DNA of 64,000 nt from an uncultured archaeon (GTDB taxonomy: Archaea > Thermoproteota > Bathyarchaeia > Bathyarchaeales > Bathycorpusculaceae): the NCBI GenBank assembly GCA_963782915.1, contig CAWALK010000001.1, positions 171,733-235,732 on the forward strand. The letters run 5' to 3'. Every line of letters starts with the position of its first letter. Within the stretch, counting starts at the first letter, position 1. Of the stretch, positions 10,188 to 20,631 are shown in pieces. The position numbers and the translations under genes are program-made. Below the pieces are notes generated by a model, which searched no databases, was not told where the DNA came from, and saw only the letters and a program-made list of their open reading frames with translations.

Positions 10188-11324
10188 ATGTTAACGTCTG
10201 AACGTGCTACCAAAGCTCAAGCTAGCATTCTTATCCTATTGTTTGTGGCGGGATTGCTGGTTGGCGGATTGCTCATATTCTACATGAATTATCGACAGGT
10301 ATACAGTCTTAACACGCAAGTTCAACAGCTACAGAATCAAGTGGATAGCCTCCAGGGCTTCCAGAATGCTACCTACCAGAACATCACTATTTTGCAGAAT
10401 GGCACTTCAATTGCAGAGTTATATGATAACGTGAGAGATTCAGTCGTGCTCATCCAGGGCGTAACAAGCAACGGTGGGGTACAGGGTTCAGGTTTCATCT
10501 ATAACTTCGCAAACCGATATGTTGTATTAACGAATTATCACGTAGTCGAAGGCACAACCTCGCTAAGTGTCACTTTCTCCGATGGCAAAGGCTATGCAGC
10601 CACCATCTTGGGCACTGACCCCTACTCAGATTTAGCCGTTCTCTCAGTAAGCGGTAACCACGAATTAAAACCGGTAACAATCGTTAGCTCATCATCATTA
10701 ACCGTGGGTGAACCCGTAATCGCAATCGGAAACCCCTATGGACTCGTCGGCTCCATGACAACCGGCGTCGTCAGCGCAGTAGGAAGAAGCATAACCGAAG
10801 ACACTGCAGGCGGATACTCCATCGCCAATGTAATCCAAACAAGCACACCCATCAACCCCGGCAACTCAGGAGGATTACTCCTAAACTCCATGGGCAACGT
10901 AGTGGGCATAACAACCGCAATTGTTAGCGAATCACAGGGCTTAGGATTCGCCATTCCATCCAACGCCATCTTACGTGAAATCTCTTCACTGATCAGTTCA
11001 GGCACCTACAAGGGGCACTCATACTTGGGCGTAACAGGAACAGACATGAGTTACAGTTTAGCCCAAGAAAGCGGCACCCCCGACTATACCTATGGCTGGA
11101 AAATCGCCACCATAACTCGCGGTGGACCAAGCGACGGCAAACTAACCGTAGACGATATAATAATTTCAATGGACAATCAAACTATCCGCAACAACGATGA
11201 CTTAGCAAGCTACCTCGAAGAACACACCCAACCAGGCGACACCTTAAGCTTAATGGTGGTTAGAAACAATTCGCCAATACATGTAGAGTTGACTTTGGGC
11301 ACTCGACCCGCCCCATCTACCTAA
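10188..11324 (+). CDS. HtrA/DegP-like trypsin serine protease with PDZ domain, membrane anchored
   Basis: TNYHVV, SDLAVL and INPGNSGG triad motifs; C-terminal PDZ. Confidence 0.93.
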   Translation: MLTSERATKAQASILILLFVAGLLVGGLLIFYMNYRQVYSLNTQVQQLQNQVDSLQGFQNATYQNITILQNGTSIAELYDNVRDSVVLIQGVTSNGGVQGSGFIYNFANRYVVLTNYHVVEGTTSLSVTFSDGKGYAATILGTDPYSDLAVLSVSGNHELKPVTIVSSSSLTVGEPVIAIGNPYGLVGSMTTGVVSAVGRSITEDTAGGYSIANVIQTSTPINPGNSGGLLLNSMGNVVGITTAIVSESQGLGFAIPSNAILREISSLISSGTYKGHSYLGVTGTDMSYSLAQESGTPDYTYGWKIATITRGGPSDGKLTVDDIIISMDNQTIRNNDDLASYLEEHTQPGDTLSLMVVRNNSPIHVELTLGTRPAPST

Positions 11325-11488
11325 GTTAGCGCTTTTTTGCTATCTTTTTTCTTTATTTTTATCGAGCGCAATCCACTCAGGGTTCATGGAAAGGTAGATA
11401 TTAAGCGCCTGCCACTGCAACAGTTGACTTACGCTTAGTCAAAAGCTATGCGTTGCGCTTAAAGAGCAGTCAAGGAGGGGAACATTGG

Positions 11489-13162
11489 ATGGATGAACTA
11501 CAGGGCGTACTTAAAGGACACAAGATTGCCTATTTCTCGATGGAAGTAGGTTTAACCAATTCAATTCCAACCTACGCCGGCGGTTTAGGTACCTTAGCAG
11601 GCGACGCCATCCGATCCAGCGCAGACTTAACAATTCCCCTAGTCGCAGTCACATTAATCAGCAAACGTAATTATTTTAGGCAAAAACTCGATGCAAACGG
11701 TAGACAGACCGAATTACCGAATGAGTGGGCACCAGAAAAACAGATGACCCTTTTGCCCAACGAAGTAAACGTGCAGATTGAAGGACGAACAGTAAAAGTC
11801 AAAGCTTGGCTCTACAAGTACCAAAGCATCGCCGGCGGAGTCGTCCCAGTAATATTCTTAGACACAGACTTCGATACTAATGCCCCTCAGGACCGTGAAA
11901 TCTCGTTTTACCTCTACGGCGGCGATGAACGCTACCGCCTAAAACAGGAAGCCATATTGGGTTTTGGCGGCGTACGCATGCTCGACGCCCTCGGGTTTAG
12001 CGTTAGAAAGTATCACATGAATGAGGGTCACTCGAGCTTTTTAGCAGTTGAACTCATGCGCAAATACGCCATGGATGAAGAAAAAGTCAAAGAACTCTGC
12101 GTCTTCACCACTCATACCCCAGTTGAGGCTGGGCATGACAAATTCAGCTATGACTTAATCCGTGAAGTGCTGGAAACCGTCGATTTAAGTGTACTCAAGG
12201 ATTATGGCGGCGAAGAACAACTAAACATGACCTGCCTAGCACTTAACCTAAGCAACTACGTCAACGGCGTAGCTAAACGGCACCAAGAAATCTCCAAAAA
12301 AATGTTCGCTGGATACGAAATTCACGCAGTAACCAATGGTGTCCACTCTTACACTTGGACTGGTGAGAGGTTCCGTAAACTTTTCGATAAGTACCTGCCG
12401 GGCTGGGCAATAGAACCAGAACTTCTTGCAAAGGTTGATTTGGTTCCTGACGGCGAAATCTGGCAAGCTCATCAACAACAAAAACAAACCCTAATCGACT
12501 ATGCCAACAAAGCCAGAAACGCCAACCTCGACCCCGAAGTATTCACCTTAGGCTTCGCACGACGCTCAACCGAATACAAACGGGCAACTTTACTATTCTC
12601 CAATCTTGACAGATTGCGTTCGATTAGCCGCAAAACAAAAATGCAGGCAATATATGCGGGCAAAGCGCATCCACGAGATGAAGGCGGCAAAAAACTCATC
12701 GAACAAATCTACAGCTATGCCCAGCAACTAAAAGGCGACATCGAAATCGTTTATCTAGAAAACTATGACATGGATATCGCTGCTAAGATGGTTGGTGGAG
12801 TTGATGTCTGGCTCAATACACCTCTGCGTCCCATGGAGGCTTCAGGCACTAGCGGAATGAAGGCAGCGCATAATGGCGTCATGAACTTCAGTGTATTGGA
12901 TGGCTGGTGGATTGAAGGTTGGATAGAAAACTTAACTGGTTGGGCAATCGGACCTCACCCAGACGAAATTCTCGACGATGCTGCCTGTTTTAGAAAAGAA
13001 CTCGAAGACCTATACAATAAACTTGAATACGTTATAACGCCAGCTTTCTATGACCGCCGTGACGAATGGATTTGGCTAATGAAGAACTCCATAGGTAAAG
13101 TCGCTTACTACTTTAACAGCCACAGAATGATGCGGCGGTATGTAACCGAAGCTTACCTCTAA
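11489..13162 (+). CDS. glgP: Alpha-glucan (glycogen/maltodextrin) phosphorylase
   Basis: AYFSMEVG, YAGGLG, HMNEGH and EASGTSGMKAA (PLP lysine). Confidence 0.96.
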   Translation: MDELQGVLKGHKIAYFSMEVGLTNSIPTYAGGLGTLAGDAIRSSADLTIPLVAVTLISKRNYFRQKLDANGRQTELPNEWAPEKQMTLLPNEVNVQIEGRTVKVKAWLYKYQSIAGGVVPVIFLDTDFDTNAPQDREISFYLYGGDERYRLKQEAILGFGGVRMLDALGFSVRKYHMNEGHSSFLAVELMRKYAMDEEKVKELCVFTTHTPVEAGHDKFSYDLIREVLETVDLSVLKDYGGEEQLNMTCLALNLSNYVNGVAKRHQEISKKMFAGYEIHAVTNGVHSYTWTGERFRKLFDKYLPGWAIEPELLAKVDLVPDGEIWQAHQQQKQTLIDYANKARNANLDPEVFTLGFARRSTEYKRATLLFSNLDRLRSISRKTKMQAIYAGKAHPRDEGGKKLIEQIYSYAQQLKGDIEIVYLENYDMDIAAKMVGGVDVWLNTPLRPMEASGTSGMKAAHNGVMNFSVLDGWWIEGWIENLTGWAIGPHPDEILDDAACFRKELEDLYNKLEYVITPAFYDRRDEWIWLMKNSIGKVAYYFNSHRMMRRYVTEAYL

Positions 13163-13248
13163 GTAAGCGGTTGAAATTAACAGTTAATAACTCCAAATAG
13201 CTTCTCTATTTAGCGGATTTTTCCCTCTTCTATCCCTGAGTTGATTTT

Positions 13249-14694
13249 TTGGAGTACAAATGGTTAGCTTTAACCGTTACTACCATCGGCGTTTTAATGG
13301 TTGGCATAGACACACGAATAGTCATAATCGGGTTGCCACAGGTTTCCGCGCAGCTGGGCGCCGATATTGAACAGGCCATTTGGATAACACAGGCTTACAC
13401 ATTAACCAACACTTTGATGTTATCGCTGATTGGTAGGTTGGGGGATATTTTTGGCAGAGTTAAAATATACATGTACGGCTTTGCCATATTCACCATCGGC
13501 TCCGCTTTAACTAGCATTGGCACCAACCCGACGGAGGTTATCTTTTTTAGGGGTGTACAGGGTATTGGGGCAGCGTTAGTATTCACTAACAGCATCGCAA
13601 TTTTAACTGATTCAGCGCCAAGGCGGCAACTCGGCTTGTTTTTGGGTATAAACCAAATTGCATTCCGCGCTGGCGCACTCCTGGGTTTAACCCTTAGCGG
13701 TTTGATCCTGTCTTTTCTGGATTGGCGGGCATTGTTCTACATCAATATACCCATCGGCATCTTCGGCACGCTTTGGGCAAGGCACACACTAAAAGAGACT
13801 GCATTGCTGGATAAGAATCGGCAAATCGACTGGATAGGATTCGTGCTGTTCACTGCTTTCCTGTTTTGCCTCATGGTTGGCTTAACCTTCGCTGCTTATG
13901 GCTCAAGCGGATTAACCTATGCATATGTTCTTTTAGCGGCTTCAGTTGTATTCATAGTTGTTTTTTTGGCGTATGAACGAAAAGCCAAGTATCCACTGAT
14001 TTACCTGAGGGTTTTTCGAATCCGCCAAGTTTCAGGCGGCTTATTCGCCCTGCTCTTTAACATCATCACATGGACAGCTGTTTTGCTGTTGCTGAGCTTG
14101 CAGTTTCAGTTGGTCAACGGCGAAAGCCCCTTGGAGGCGGGTCTGCGAATTTTGCCCTTCGAAATCGCTTTTTTAGCCATCGGACCATTAAGCGGCAGAT
14201 TAGCAGACAAATATGGGCAATCACAATTCGTAATCACAGGCTTAATCCTAAGCACCATAGCGCTTTTCCTGTTTTCAACCACCGACCAAACAACGCCTTA
14301 TTCGATTTTAAGCATCTATATGGTTATGCTGGGTTTGGGCACAGGTTTGTTTGTTGCGCCTAACCTGCGGGCAGTAATGAGTTCGGTTCCAACAGAGCGG
14401 CATGGTGTCGGCTCAGCGCTGTTTACGCTCTTCTTGAACATTGGTTTAACCGTGAGCCTCAACTTAACGGTACTTATAATGTCGCTGACTGCACCCTATG
14501 ACCTCATAACGCAGATTATCGGCGCTGTTAATCCCCAGAGTATCTCTGCTGCGGGGAGAACGCTCTTTGTTGATAGCCTCAAAAACACCTATTTTGCGTT
14601 TGCCATCATTAACGCCTTTGCGCTTGTTCCAGCGATTATCGGAGGCAGAATTAAAAGGCAAGATGACAGCGGCGAACCGACGGCAGCAGGGTAA
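13249..14694 (+). CDS. MFS transporter, DHA2/EmrB-like
   Basis: GRLGDIFGR motif A; WRALFYINIPIG; about 14 TM. Confidence 0.92.
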   Translation: MEYKWLALTVTTIGVLMVGIDTRIVIIGLPQVSAQLGADIEQAIWITQAYTLTNTLMLSLIGRLGDIFGRVKIYMYGFAIFTIGSALTSIGTNPTEVIFFRGVQGIGAALVFTNSIAILTDSAPRRQLGLFLGINQIAFRAGALLGLTLSGLILSFLDWRALFYINIPIGIFGTLWARHTLKETALLDKNRQIDWIGFVLFTAFLFCLMVGLTFAAYGSSGLTYAYVLLAASVVFIVVFLAYERKAKYPLIYLRVFRIRQVSGGLFALLFNIITWTAVLLLLSLQFQLVNGESPLEAGLRILPFEIAFLAIGPLSGRLADKYGQSQFVITGLILSTIALFLFSTTDQTTPYSILSIYMVMLGLGTGLFVAPNLRAVMSSVPTERHGVGSALFTLFLNIGLTVSLNLTVLIMSLTAPYDLITQIIGAVNPQSISAAGRTLFVDSLKNTYFAFAIINAFALVPAIIGGRIKRQDDSGEPTAAG

Positions 14695-14778
14695 ATCAAC
14701 TGAGACATATTTCCTTTATATGAAAAGAAGGTCGAATTGGCTGCTATACAGTCGATCAAAATCTGGTTGAGTTCTTGT

Positions 14779-14947
14779 TTTTCTTTAGTTGTTGTTGCTA
14801 AAAACCGCCTATACACAACAACAACCAGCGGCGTTTGGGGGCGGTTGTGTTTTGGGTTCTGCGTTTGGATTGGGTTGCTGGTTGGTTGCGGAGTTTTTTG
14901 CAAGCAGAACTGAAGCTATGTTGGAACCTGCTACCTACCTCAGAGCA
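14779..14947. repeat. Dispersed intergenic repeat family A, copy 1 (hairpin GTTGTTGTTG...CAACAACAAC)
   Basis: Identical 21-mer CCTATACACAACAACAACCAG at 14808 and 53089, with colinear similarity on both sides. Confidence 0.75.
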
Positions 14948-15045
14948 CCTACCCCCTCCCTTATATAAAGAGCCAAAAGCCAACATTACAGGAGAGTCTG
15001 CTGCTCATTTTCTTGGTTTTGATTTGTGTGGCTACGGCTTGAAAT

Positions 15046-16347
15046 TTATTTTCTCGAAAAATCAAAATAAGTAGCATTAAGAAAAGCTGTCGGTTTTTCT
15101 TGTTTTTTTGAAAAGACGTAAATAGCTACTATCAAAACTGTAATAACTCCCACGACGAGCCACAGCAGCATTAAGGGCACCCCAACAGGTGGTGTCGGAG
15201 TGGGTCCTATTGTTGATGCAAATCCCGAAGTAGTGGCATACATCAACGGAACAACGCGATCACCCACGTTTACGGGTTGACCCCGATAAATAATATGTGG
15301 ATTACCGTCGGAGTCTACGACCATTGGGCCGGCGCTAGTTGTATGTGAATCTATTGTTTGGCTGCTCCATACGGTGCCATTCCACTCAGAGTACACTAAA
15401 TCGCCTATCGAAGAATCGGAACCCCGAAGGTGATAGTTGATATGAGGGTTATCATGCGAATCTAAAGCCAAGTAACCAGCACTAAAATCTCCGTTTGTAT
15501 CCGAGGGGATTACTTGACTGCCCCAGGCAGTGCCGTTCCAACTGGCATAGTAAAGAACATAGTCATTGGTCCTATTTGTTGCTCCTTTCATCAAATAGGT
15601 AAAGTGGGGAAAACCATTCGAGTCTAACACCAAATTTTCGTTTCCGTGCACGTTTGTAACTACAGTTTGAACGTTCCACGATGAATTGTTCAAAGTAGCA
15701 TATTTTATTGTCGGTTGACGTATTCCCCGATTCATAACCATAAAGTATCTGAGGTGAGCCCTGTGTGTCTAATGCCAAATAAACATCAAAAATTAGTTCT
15801 GAGGTGTTATCGACTGTTTGGATATTCCACGCTGACCCCGTCCCACACAGCGTATTTTAGTATTAGCGGGTACTGATGGACCATTCGTAGTGTATGCAAC
15901 ATGAGGGTTGCCAGCTGAATCGAGTGCAAGTGAGCCATCTATTCCCTCATCATCTATTAATTGGGTATAAGTCAGTATTGATCCAGGTGTCCAAGTTGCA
16001 TATCTAAGACCCATAGCGTTTGAACGATATATTATGTGTGGGTTGTTGTTGGTGTCTAGCTTGAAATCTTGCAGGAAGACACCTTTTGTAACGGTTTGGT
16101 GGTCCCAAGAAGATCCTGTCCATGTTGAATAGATTAAATCTACTGGGCTTCGGTAATTGCCGTTTTCGTATTCGCCATAGAGTACATGAAGATTACCTGC
16201 TGAATCAATGGCGATTTCCCCGACGCCAGCGCCGTTTTTGGTTAGAGTCTGGTTGTCCCAAGCATACCCAGCATTAACCGATTGAGCGCCCAATAATATG
16301 GCAAATAGGATTAACAAAATTAATGAAGTAACTTTGTAACAACCCAA
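15046..16347 (-). CDS. Secreted beta-propeller/BNR-like repeat protein with C-terminal TM anchor, frameshifted
   Basis: Repeated LALDSxGNPH(I/V)xY and YAxWNGTxW units across three partial ORFs; signal peptide and TM tail. Confidence 0.75.
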
Positions 16348-16491
16348 TTAATGACACCCATTTAATTGCAATAGCGCATCCTATGGGTAATATAATTTTC
16401 TAAAACCAGCAAAATTTCAAAGCTCTTGAGAAAAGAGAGCGTTTCTAAAAGCATGCCTGCTGCGGATTGGGTGGTTTTGTCGGTTTGATAA

Positions 16492-17244
16492 TTAAGCCTG
16501 TGGTTTTGAAGAATTGTTTTTGTTCATCCAGTCATGCGCAAAAACTTCCGCTTCGCCGCTCTCAACAGCCCCCACAATCAATTTAGCAACGAATTCAGCG
16601 GAATCCGCTTTTGCATAAGCTTGCTGCCCCTCAAAAGTTTCCTCCTGAGTTTCAACGCCTGCGTCTTTGATGGTGTTCTTCTCAAAATCCGTCAAGGTAA
16701 TGTAGGGGTAAACTACGGTGACGGCTATGTTGTCATCTTTTAGCTCTTCTCTTGCGGTTAAGCTAAGTTGCGCCAACGCCGCCTTCAACGCAGAATACGC
16801 TCCCATATCGGGCAGCTGCATAAGCGCCGTTCCCGAACTGACATTAACGATTGCGCCGCCGCCCTGCATACGCATCACAGGAACCACCTCTTTTAAGGCT
16901 ACCACTGGACCCACAACATCCAAATCAAACAGGTACTGAAACGCACACAAGTTTGTTTTCTCCACTGGCGCATCATATCCTTGCCCCGCATTGTTAACTA
17001 AAATATCGATTCGCCCAAAGTGCCCAAGTACCGCTTTAACCATCCCAACAATTTCGTCTGGCTTGGAGATATCCGTCGGAAATGCTACCGCTTCGGGTAG
17101 TTCTTTTGCGAGTTTCTCAAGTTTATCTTTTGAGCGGGCAACCAACGCAAGCTTCACGCCCTTGCTGGATAAGAGTTTGGCAGTGGCATACCCGATGCCT
17201 GACGATGCGCCCGTAACTACAGCGACTTTTGCTTTAACATCCAT
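16492..17244 (-). CDS. Short-chain dehydrogenase/reductase (SDR)
   Basis: TGASSGIG, NNAG and YSALK motifs. Confidence 0.95.
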   Translation of the reverse strand: MDVKAKVAVVTGASSGIGYATAKLLSSKGVKLALVARSKDKLEKLAKELPEAVAFPTDISKPDEIVGMVKAVLGHFGRIDILVNNAGQGYDAPVEKTNLCAFQYLFDLDVVGPVVALKEVVPVMRMQGGGAIVNVSSGTALMQLPDMGAYSALKAALAQLSLTAREELKDDNIAVTVVYPYITLTDFEKNTIKDAGVETQEETFEGQQAYAKADSAEFVAKLIVGAVESGEAEVFAHDWMNKNNSSKPQA

Positions 17245-17252
17245 AAAAATCG

Positions 17253-17826
17253 CTAGTCAATCCGCTTAAGCACTACTGCAGGGCGTTTTGGCGGTGCCTC
17301 AGGGAAGCTCTTGGTGTAACCAAAGACTATGGCTGCATGGATTTCATGATCGTTGGGAACGCCGAGTTCAACTTTTATTTTTGGGTCATTCGCAATTCCA
17401 ACCGCCGTACCAATCCAGCAGCTGCCAATGCCCAGCGAATAGGCTGCAAGCATCATATTCTGCGCTGCCATGGAACAATCATACACTGCATAAGGCGATT
17501 TGACGCCGCTTACAAAAACTAACAGGGGTGCATTGTAGAAGATGTTGTAGTTGGGGTCGGATAACCGCTTTTTTAATCCCATTAAGCCTTCGTCGCCGAC
17601 ATCTGGCAGCATGTGGAGCAACGCGGGTTTTGCTGTGTCTGAGAGTTGCTTCATGGCTTCTTTGTTGGTTATTAAGTGAATTTCCAAGGTTGAATGTTGA
17701 TGGCGGATGGTGCATAAGTTGCTGCTTCCAGCAACGTTTGGATTGCTGATTCAGGAATGAGGTTTTTCTTCAAAACTTCGGATAGCTCGTCTAGATTTTA
17801 TAGCCTGAATAACTGGATTTGAGCAT
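17253..17826 (-). CDS. Nitroreductase family protein, multiply frameshifted
   Basis: IKSRRAIRSF, APSAINIQPW and DCSMAAQNMMLAAYSLGIGSCWIG in shifting frames. Confidence 0.85.
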
Positions 17827-17889
17827 AAAAAAATTCCTCAACATTAGAGGAAGATTGGTGATTTATAAAAACGATTCTGCTCACCGCGT

Positions 17890-18300
17890 TCAAGCAACTT
17901 TTTGCTGGGCAGTAACCAGATAAGCTGGCAGACTCTCGATGCATTGAACCTCATGACCCACCAAAGCCCTTAACTCACGTCGAAACCTAACGTTTACTTT
18001 GATTTTTGCTCTCTCCAAATCACGGTGCAACCGTTCCGTGCCTTCCCTGCCTCTACGGTCAAAATCCAACAGCAAAATAACTTCGCGGGCACCAAGATTT
18101 TCTATTTCTGTAGTGGCTTCCAAAAAAGATTTACCGCCTGTCTTCACAGTCACCACGGTGCCAGTTATGCCGAGTTCTTCAAGGGCTTGGGCGTCTTTTT
18201 TGCCCTCAACAACTATGGGTTTGCCCTTCGCTGACTCCTCAGCCAATTTGGCTATAATTAGCTCAATCTTTTCTAGGCGGTCTTTTAGGTGCGTGGACAA
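17890..18300 (-). CDS. Small Toprim-domain protein
   Basis: IVVEGKKD and LLDFDRRG motifs; directly downstream of tyrS. Confidence 0.9.
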   Translation of the reverse strand: MSTHLKDRLEKIELIIAKLAEESAKGKPIVVEGKKDAQALEELGITGTVVTVKTGGKSFLEATTEIENLGAREVILLLDFDRRGREGTERLHRDLERAKIKVNVRFRRELRALVGHEVQCIESLPAYLVTAQQKVA

Positions 18301-18305
18301 GGAGT

Positions 18306-19395
18306 TTACCTTGTAATTTTAGCTTGACGCACCGTCTCCAAGCAATCAGCTGCTTCCTTGTTGTTAGCGAAGTATCGGCGGACTGGCTCCAAAATCTCCC
18401 CAAGCGAGGTGGCGACGCCGCTTTTAAGATCCATCGGATGCAGTTTACCCTCAACATAGCATGCTTCGAGTTCTTGGAAGCTATGGAATTCTACGTTGCC
18501 GCCGAATTTAGCTGGACGCTCGATTTTGAGGCAGTCTTTTTCGCGGAAGACAATGTATTTGCAGATGTCCATTATAGGATTGTACTTGACGGTTTTTTCG
18601 GGGCAGAACGATTTTGATAGTTTCTGCTTGATTTCTTCAGGTGTGTCGTAGATGAAGATGCATGTGTCAGGTTTGCTCTTTGACATTTTAGCTGATGCTA
18701 TGGCTTCGCGTTCTTGACCTTCAGGAATAGGCCAAACAGCGGGTTTCGCTAAGTCCTTGAAGCAGGTGATGGTGGATGCAGACGGGTTTCCAGTAACCGA
18801 TTTTTTCGCCGATTTCTCTGGCAACCATGTTTGCTTTGCGCTGGTCCATGCCGAGTTGGCACATTTTAACGTTCATTTCGAATATGTCCGCGACCTGCAT
18901 GGGTGTGTAGAGGTAGTCGCTGACGTAGTGGGCTTCGCCTTCTTTTCTTCCAGCAATCTCAAGTGTGCGGGTGGTTCGGGCGATGGTGAGTTCTTTGGCT
19001 ATGGCCATTGTTTTTGCCCAGTAAGCCAAATCATTGTATAACTCGTCTGAGTAGATGAATTCTACTTTGTCCGCTGGGACGCCTAGTGCGATCCAGCTGT
19101 GGCGGAAAAGGTCGGCTGCTTTGCGGATAAGTGCGAGGTCTCCGCCGAGTTTATTGTTCAAGTAAGCGTGCCATGTGGCTAGGAACACTTTGAAGCGTAT
19201 GCCTGCTTCTGTGAAGTCTTTCATTTTGTAAGCGCAGATAACGCCAGTGCCTAAATGTACGAGTCCTGAGGGTTCAAAACCGTTGTAGGCGATTGGGTGC
19301 TCCTCAGTTTCTAGTAGTGCTCGTAGGTCTTCTTGGGTTACGACTTCTTCGGTTGGCAGTCTGCAGATGAGCTCGATTTTTCTTTCGATGTCCAC
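18306..19395 (-). CDS. tyrS: Tyrosyl-tRNA synthetase (archaeal), frameshift near 18750
   Basis: YNGFEPSGLVHLG, YTPMQVAD, LGMDQRK, KMSKS and LHPMDLK motifs. Confidence 0.95.
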
Positions 19396-19467
19396 TATTA
19401 TTCCAGCTTTCTCTTGATTATTAGCCTTTAATGCTATTGTTGAACTTAAGAATTTAGAGTTAATTTT

Positions 19468-19676
19468 CGCGGGCGGATTGTCTCCCGACGTAACCTAACA
19501 CTTTACCTCATAGCTGAGCGTCGCTTTAAGCTTGGTAAAGCTCTCTCGGCGCAGGAATTTATGCCCGTGCCCACCGTGTCCCTTGTTTGGGTGAACCCTT
19601 CGTCACTGCTAAGCAAGCGTAAGAGCTTGCAACTCTGTTGGGTCCGTCGTCAAGGGTGGAATTAGCCAGTGGGGAA
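19468..19676 (-). ncRNA. Candidate structured small RNA with two H/ACA-like hairpins
   Basis: GC-richer non-coding stretch; stems ACCCTT/AAGGGT and CTTTACC/GGTAAAG each followed by ACA; K-turn-like motif; AT-rich TATA-like sequence upstream. Confidence 0.5.
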
Positions 19677-19856
19677 ATGTATATGCTAAACCAGTAAAGT
19701 TAAGCATTCCTATTCAAAGACTGCTTTTTTCTAAAATGCCCCGGCAAACCTTCACCCTTTGCAAGAGCTTCTCTAGATTCATACGGTTGTAGGCAACAAT
19801 CATTTTCCTGTTTTTTATCCATAACGATTATACGTTAAAGGCAAAACAAAGATTGG

Positions 19857-20597
19857 ATGGCAACACTAAGCAAAGCCTCCTTCTGCTTCACAGTTGGCTT
19901 GGTTATCTTAATCGCTATACAAGTTATTGCACAAACCCCTATAATCGAATCTTCCCAGCCTACTCAAAATTACATACAACCAATCGCCAACAACCAAATA
20001 GTTCTAGACGCAGCCAAACACGATGCGTTCAACTGCTACAACACCAACGGAACCGCGCCTGCCATAAACGGCAATTCAGCACTCTTCTATGGCGCCAACA
20101 CAACCAACACTTACTCCGATATAGTATCACAGACCACCGTAAAAGCCGATAAATCGCTCGTACTAGAAGCCCAAATAACCGCAAATGTAACCTGCTTTTC
20201 GGATAGTGGTGAGGACCAGTTTGCAGTTTTCGCCACAGACGACATAACCAACTACAAATCAGACGAATTCGGGTTTGCTATGCCAGAAACAGGAAATATC
20301 TGGTACGCTTACATCCAATCGCCCAAAATTTTGGGTTTTTTTGTTTGGCAGCCTCTAAACATTCCCGATCCCTTGGAGCCGCATAACTTCAAAGCTGTTT
20401 ACTCAAGCCGTGGCTTATGGCACATGGTTAATTTCTTCGTTGACGGAAAACTACTTTGGAGTACTTCTTACCCAGATGTTTCTGGAAAAGAGTTTCATAT
20501 GGTTCTTACGTCGCATAAGGTAAGCGCTGAAAACTTCGACTTAAGCCTGAACCAAATTGAAGTTAAAAACGCCCTCTTAAGCGACGAAATAGAATAA
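19857..20597 (+). CDS. Secreted hypothetical protein, beta-sandwich (ConA-like) pattern
   Basis: N-terminal TM; HNFKAVY...VNFFVDGKL. Confidence 0.7.
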   Translation: MATLSKASFCFTVGLVILIAIQVIAQTPIIESSQPTQNYIQPIANNQIVLDAAKHDAFNCYNTNGTAPAINGNSALFYGANTTNTYSDIVSQTTVKADKSLVLEAQITANVTCFSDSGEDQFAVFATDDITNYKSDEFGFAMPETGNIWYAYIQSPKILGFFVWQPLNIPDPLEPHNFKAVYSSRGLWHMVNFFVDGKLLWSTSYPDVSGKEFHMVLTSHKVSAENFDLSLNQIEVKNALLSDEIE

Positions 20598-20631
20598 GAA
20601 AAAATTACCTAAACAGCGCTTTTCGTTAGCA

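Noticed and set aside
14948-14957. CCTACCCCCT as the displaced 3' end (att) of tRNA-Leu
   Set aside because: Only 10 nt, on the opposite strand to the tRNA, and explained by motif family B.
14589-15074. Several overlapping short ORFs (also 53026-53268) sharing LVVVVYR
   Set aside because: Shadow translations of the non-coding repeat; no consistent start, length or SD.
19468-19676. RNase P RNA, SRP RNA or T-box leader
   Set aside because: No GAGGAAAGUCC-like P4 motif or SRP helix-8 motif on either strand, and no T-box AGGGUGGNACCGCG on the tyrS strand.
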